From Takakia lepidozioides (taxonomy: Eukaryota; Plantae; Bryophyta), in assembly GCA_030704615.1 (NCBI GenBank), contig CM060731.1, positions 87,854,001 through 87,918,000 on the forward strand: DNA of 64,000 bases, written 5' to 3'. The position numbers were made by a program, and so were the translations under genes. Numbering within the stretch: position 1 is the stretch's first letter; every line of letters begins with the position of its first letter. Under the pieces are notes generated by a model that ran no database searches, was not told the DNA's origin, and saw nothing but the letters and a program-made list of their open reading frames with translations. Of the stretch, positions 62,490-64,000 are shown piece by piece.

Positions 62490-63500
62490 AGATGGTGCCC
62501 TGTTTATGGGCTGTTTATGTCTTTAATTGACAATGACCCTACTGGGTCTTGTCCATGTCTTGACATGACATGAGTATCTTCCCTCTCCCTCTCTCTTTTT
62601 AACTTTTTCTGCAGAGGGGTCAACTCTGAGGTTAAGAAAACCATGCTTTGTCGCATTATTAGACCTGCCTTGGAGTACGGATATGCAATATGGGTTGATA
62701 AATCTGACTTAGAGGCTGTAGTGTCCAAAGCCATGTCTGTTGCCATGAGATTGTCTGATGAAAATGAAGTTAGGCAGAAAACTTCCCTAAACTTGTTTCC
62801 AGTCAATGACATGGGGGAGGACATCTTGGATGACCTCAAGGGTCTACCCACTCTCGGCACTAGACTGAAATTTAAACTCAGGACGGGAAGCCTACCTTTG
62901 AACAGCAAACAGAAGCATAGAGGAAAGGGAGAGTGCAATTGCCCGTTGTGTGGGCAATCTGAAGACAATACTCATTTTCTGATACACTGTCTGGGGTTCT
63001 CTCACCAAAGAGACGCTCTCTTCAAATCTATCAAGGGAATTGTGCCTGTACCTCTGTTTACCAACTTTGGAAGTCTCAAGGCTGAGCCAAAAGCCCAGGC
63101 CCTCCCGAGGCCTAGTTATTGGGCAAATCACACACAACACATTGATGTTTGTGTGAAGGGATTTCTAGAGGATATCTGGAAAACCCAGATTAATTCTATA
63201 TATGAAGGTAAGTCTTACTACCAACGTCAGCCCCTGACAGAGGCAGGTTCTGTCCCTTTGGTTTCCGCTCAAACTGGGCGCGGGGTCAATGGCCACAAGG
63301 CTACGGCAAACAACGTCTTATGAGTACAATCTTTTTAACTTTTTCTGCACCCTCTCTCCCTTGTGGTTTGTTTATTTTTGTGAGCAGCAAAAAAAAGAGG
63401 GAAGATACTTTTTGTCATGTCAAGACAAAGACATGACCCCTAGGGTCGTTGTCATGAAAGAATAATCAGACATATCAGCCACTTAACAGTGGCACCATCC
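62490..63500. mobile_element. Foldback/MITE-like element with ~100-bp inverted arms
   Basis: 62490-62590 (GATGGTGCC..GACCCTA..GTCTTGACATGACA..AGTATCTTCCCTCT) is the reverse complement of ~63395-63500. Confidence 0.7.
62614..63329 (+). mobile_element. 5'-truncated non-LTR retrotransposon (ORF2 C-terminus with zinc finger), 20-bp TSD
   Basis: TCTTTTTAACTTTTTCTGCA at 62594-62613 and 63330-63349; IRPALEYG..W, KLRTG..L, CPLC..EDNTHFLIHC. Confidence 0.88.
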
Positions 63501-64000
63501 ATCAATCATCAAGCTTAGAAAATCCAGAATTACATCCATGCACAATAATGTGTTCATGTCAGTATTATTCATAACCCAAAGAGTATGCCACTGATGCTGA
63601 TTGACCACCAGTCATGATCGTGATACACATTCAGAGGTCTGGGTGGGGTGGCGGGTACTTGACCATATTTTGGCCTTGATGTGGTGCAGGTCAAATGGTC
63701 ATACAGATTTACTGTCCGCAAGCTGTAATCCAAGCATACTTACTCAAACCCCATGGGTGTCATGGAGGGTTTTATTTAAAAAAGCAAAAAGAACACTTGG
63801 ATATCACAGATTTAAATACCTTGCCCTGCCAGTATTTGTTTAGACTGGTATGCAACACAGTTTGCCACCACAGGGGAGGTGGATATGTCTAGTAAGTTTT
63901 CCAGAATACCCCTATACCTTTATTTTTTGCTACAGCTGAAATTCAAAGTTCATGACACAGCAAGGTAAAGATAAAGGACTGCATACACATCCTGTGACAG

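Overview
Eukaryotic, transposon-dense DNA with spliceosomal introns and no intact host gene. A land plant, probably a bryophyte-type genome, is inferred from the TE repertoire. 1-22.3 kb holds two diverged copies of an unusual Mutator-like (MULE) DNA-transposon system. Its parts are: (i) a GCM-like DNA-binding / DDE / Cys-rich / SWIM transposase (3537-7056 and 18720-22001, both pseudogenised); (ii) an intron-containing cargo gene fusing a ParB/Srx-like domain to a beta-class (N4C/N6A-type) DNA amino-methyltransferase-like domain (10984-15883, minus; 3' end of a second copy at 1-972); (iii) a pair of unknown paralogous ORFs (8140-8916, 9259-9835); (iv) long arrays of copy-specific palindromes (GAATTTCGGCGCCGAAATTC vs GAAATGCGGNNCCGCATTTC) spaced mostly at 53 or 63-64 bp, i.e. 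whole helical turns. 22936-42386 is a Ty3/Gypsy LTR retrotransposon with both LTRs and a GAGAG target-site duplication (TSD), extra ORFs and a deleted integrase. Two copies of a chromovirus are nested inside it, one within the other. The remainder is relics: an FCP1/NIF-like phosphatase fragment, tandem OSB-type PDF-motif units, a decayed LINE with small non-autonomous inserts, a Ulp1-like fragment with a histone-H3-tail-like start, a CACTA left end, and a 5'-truncated non-LTR insertion with a 20-bp TSD. All domain calls are by motif recognition by eye; no searches were run.
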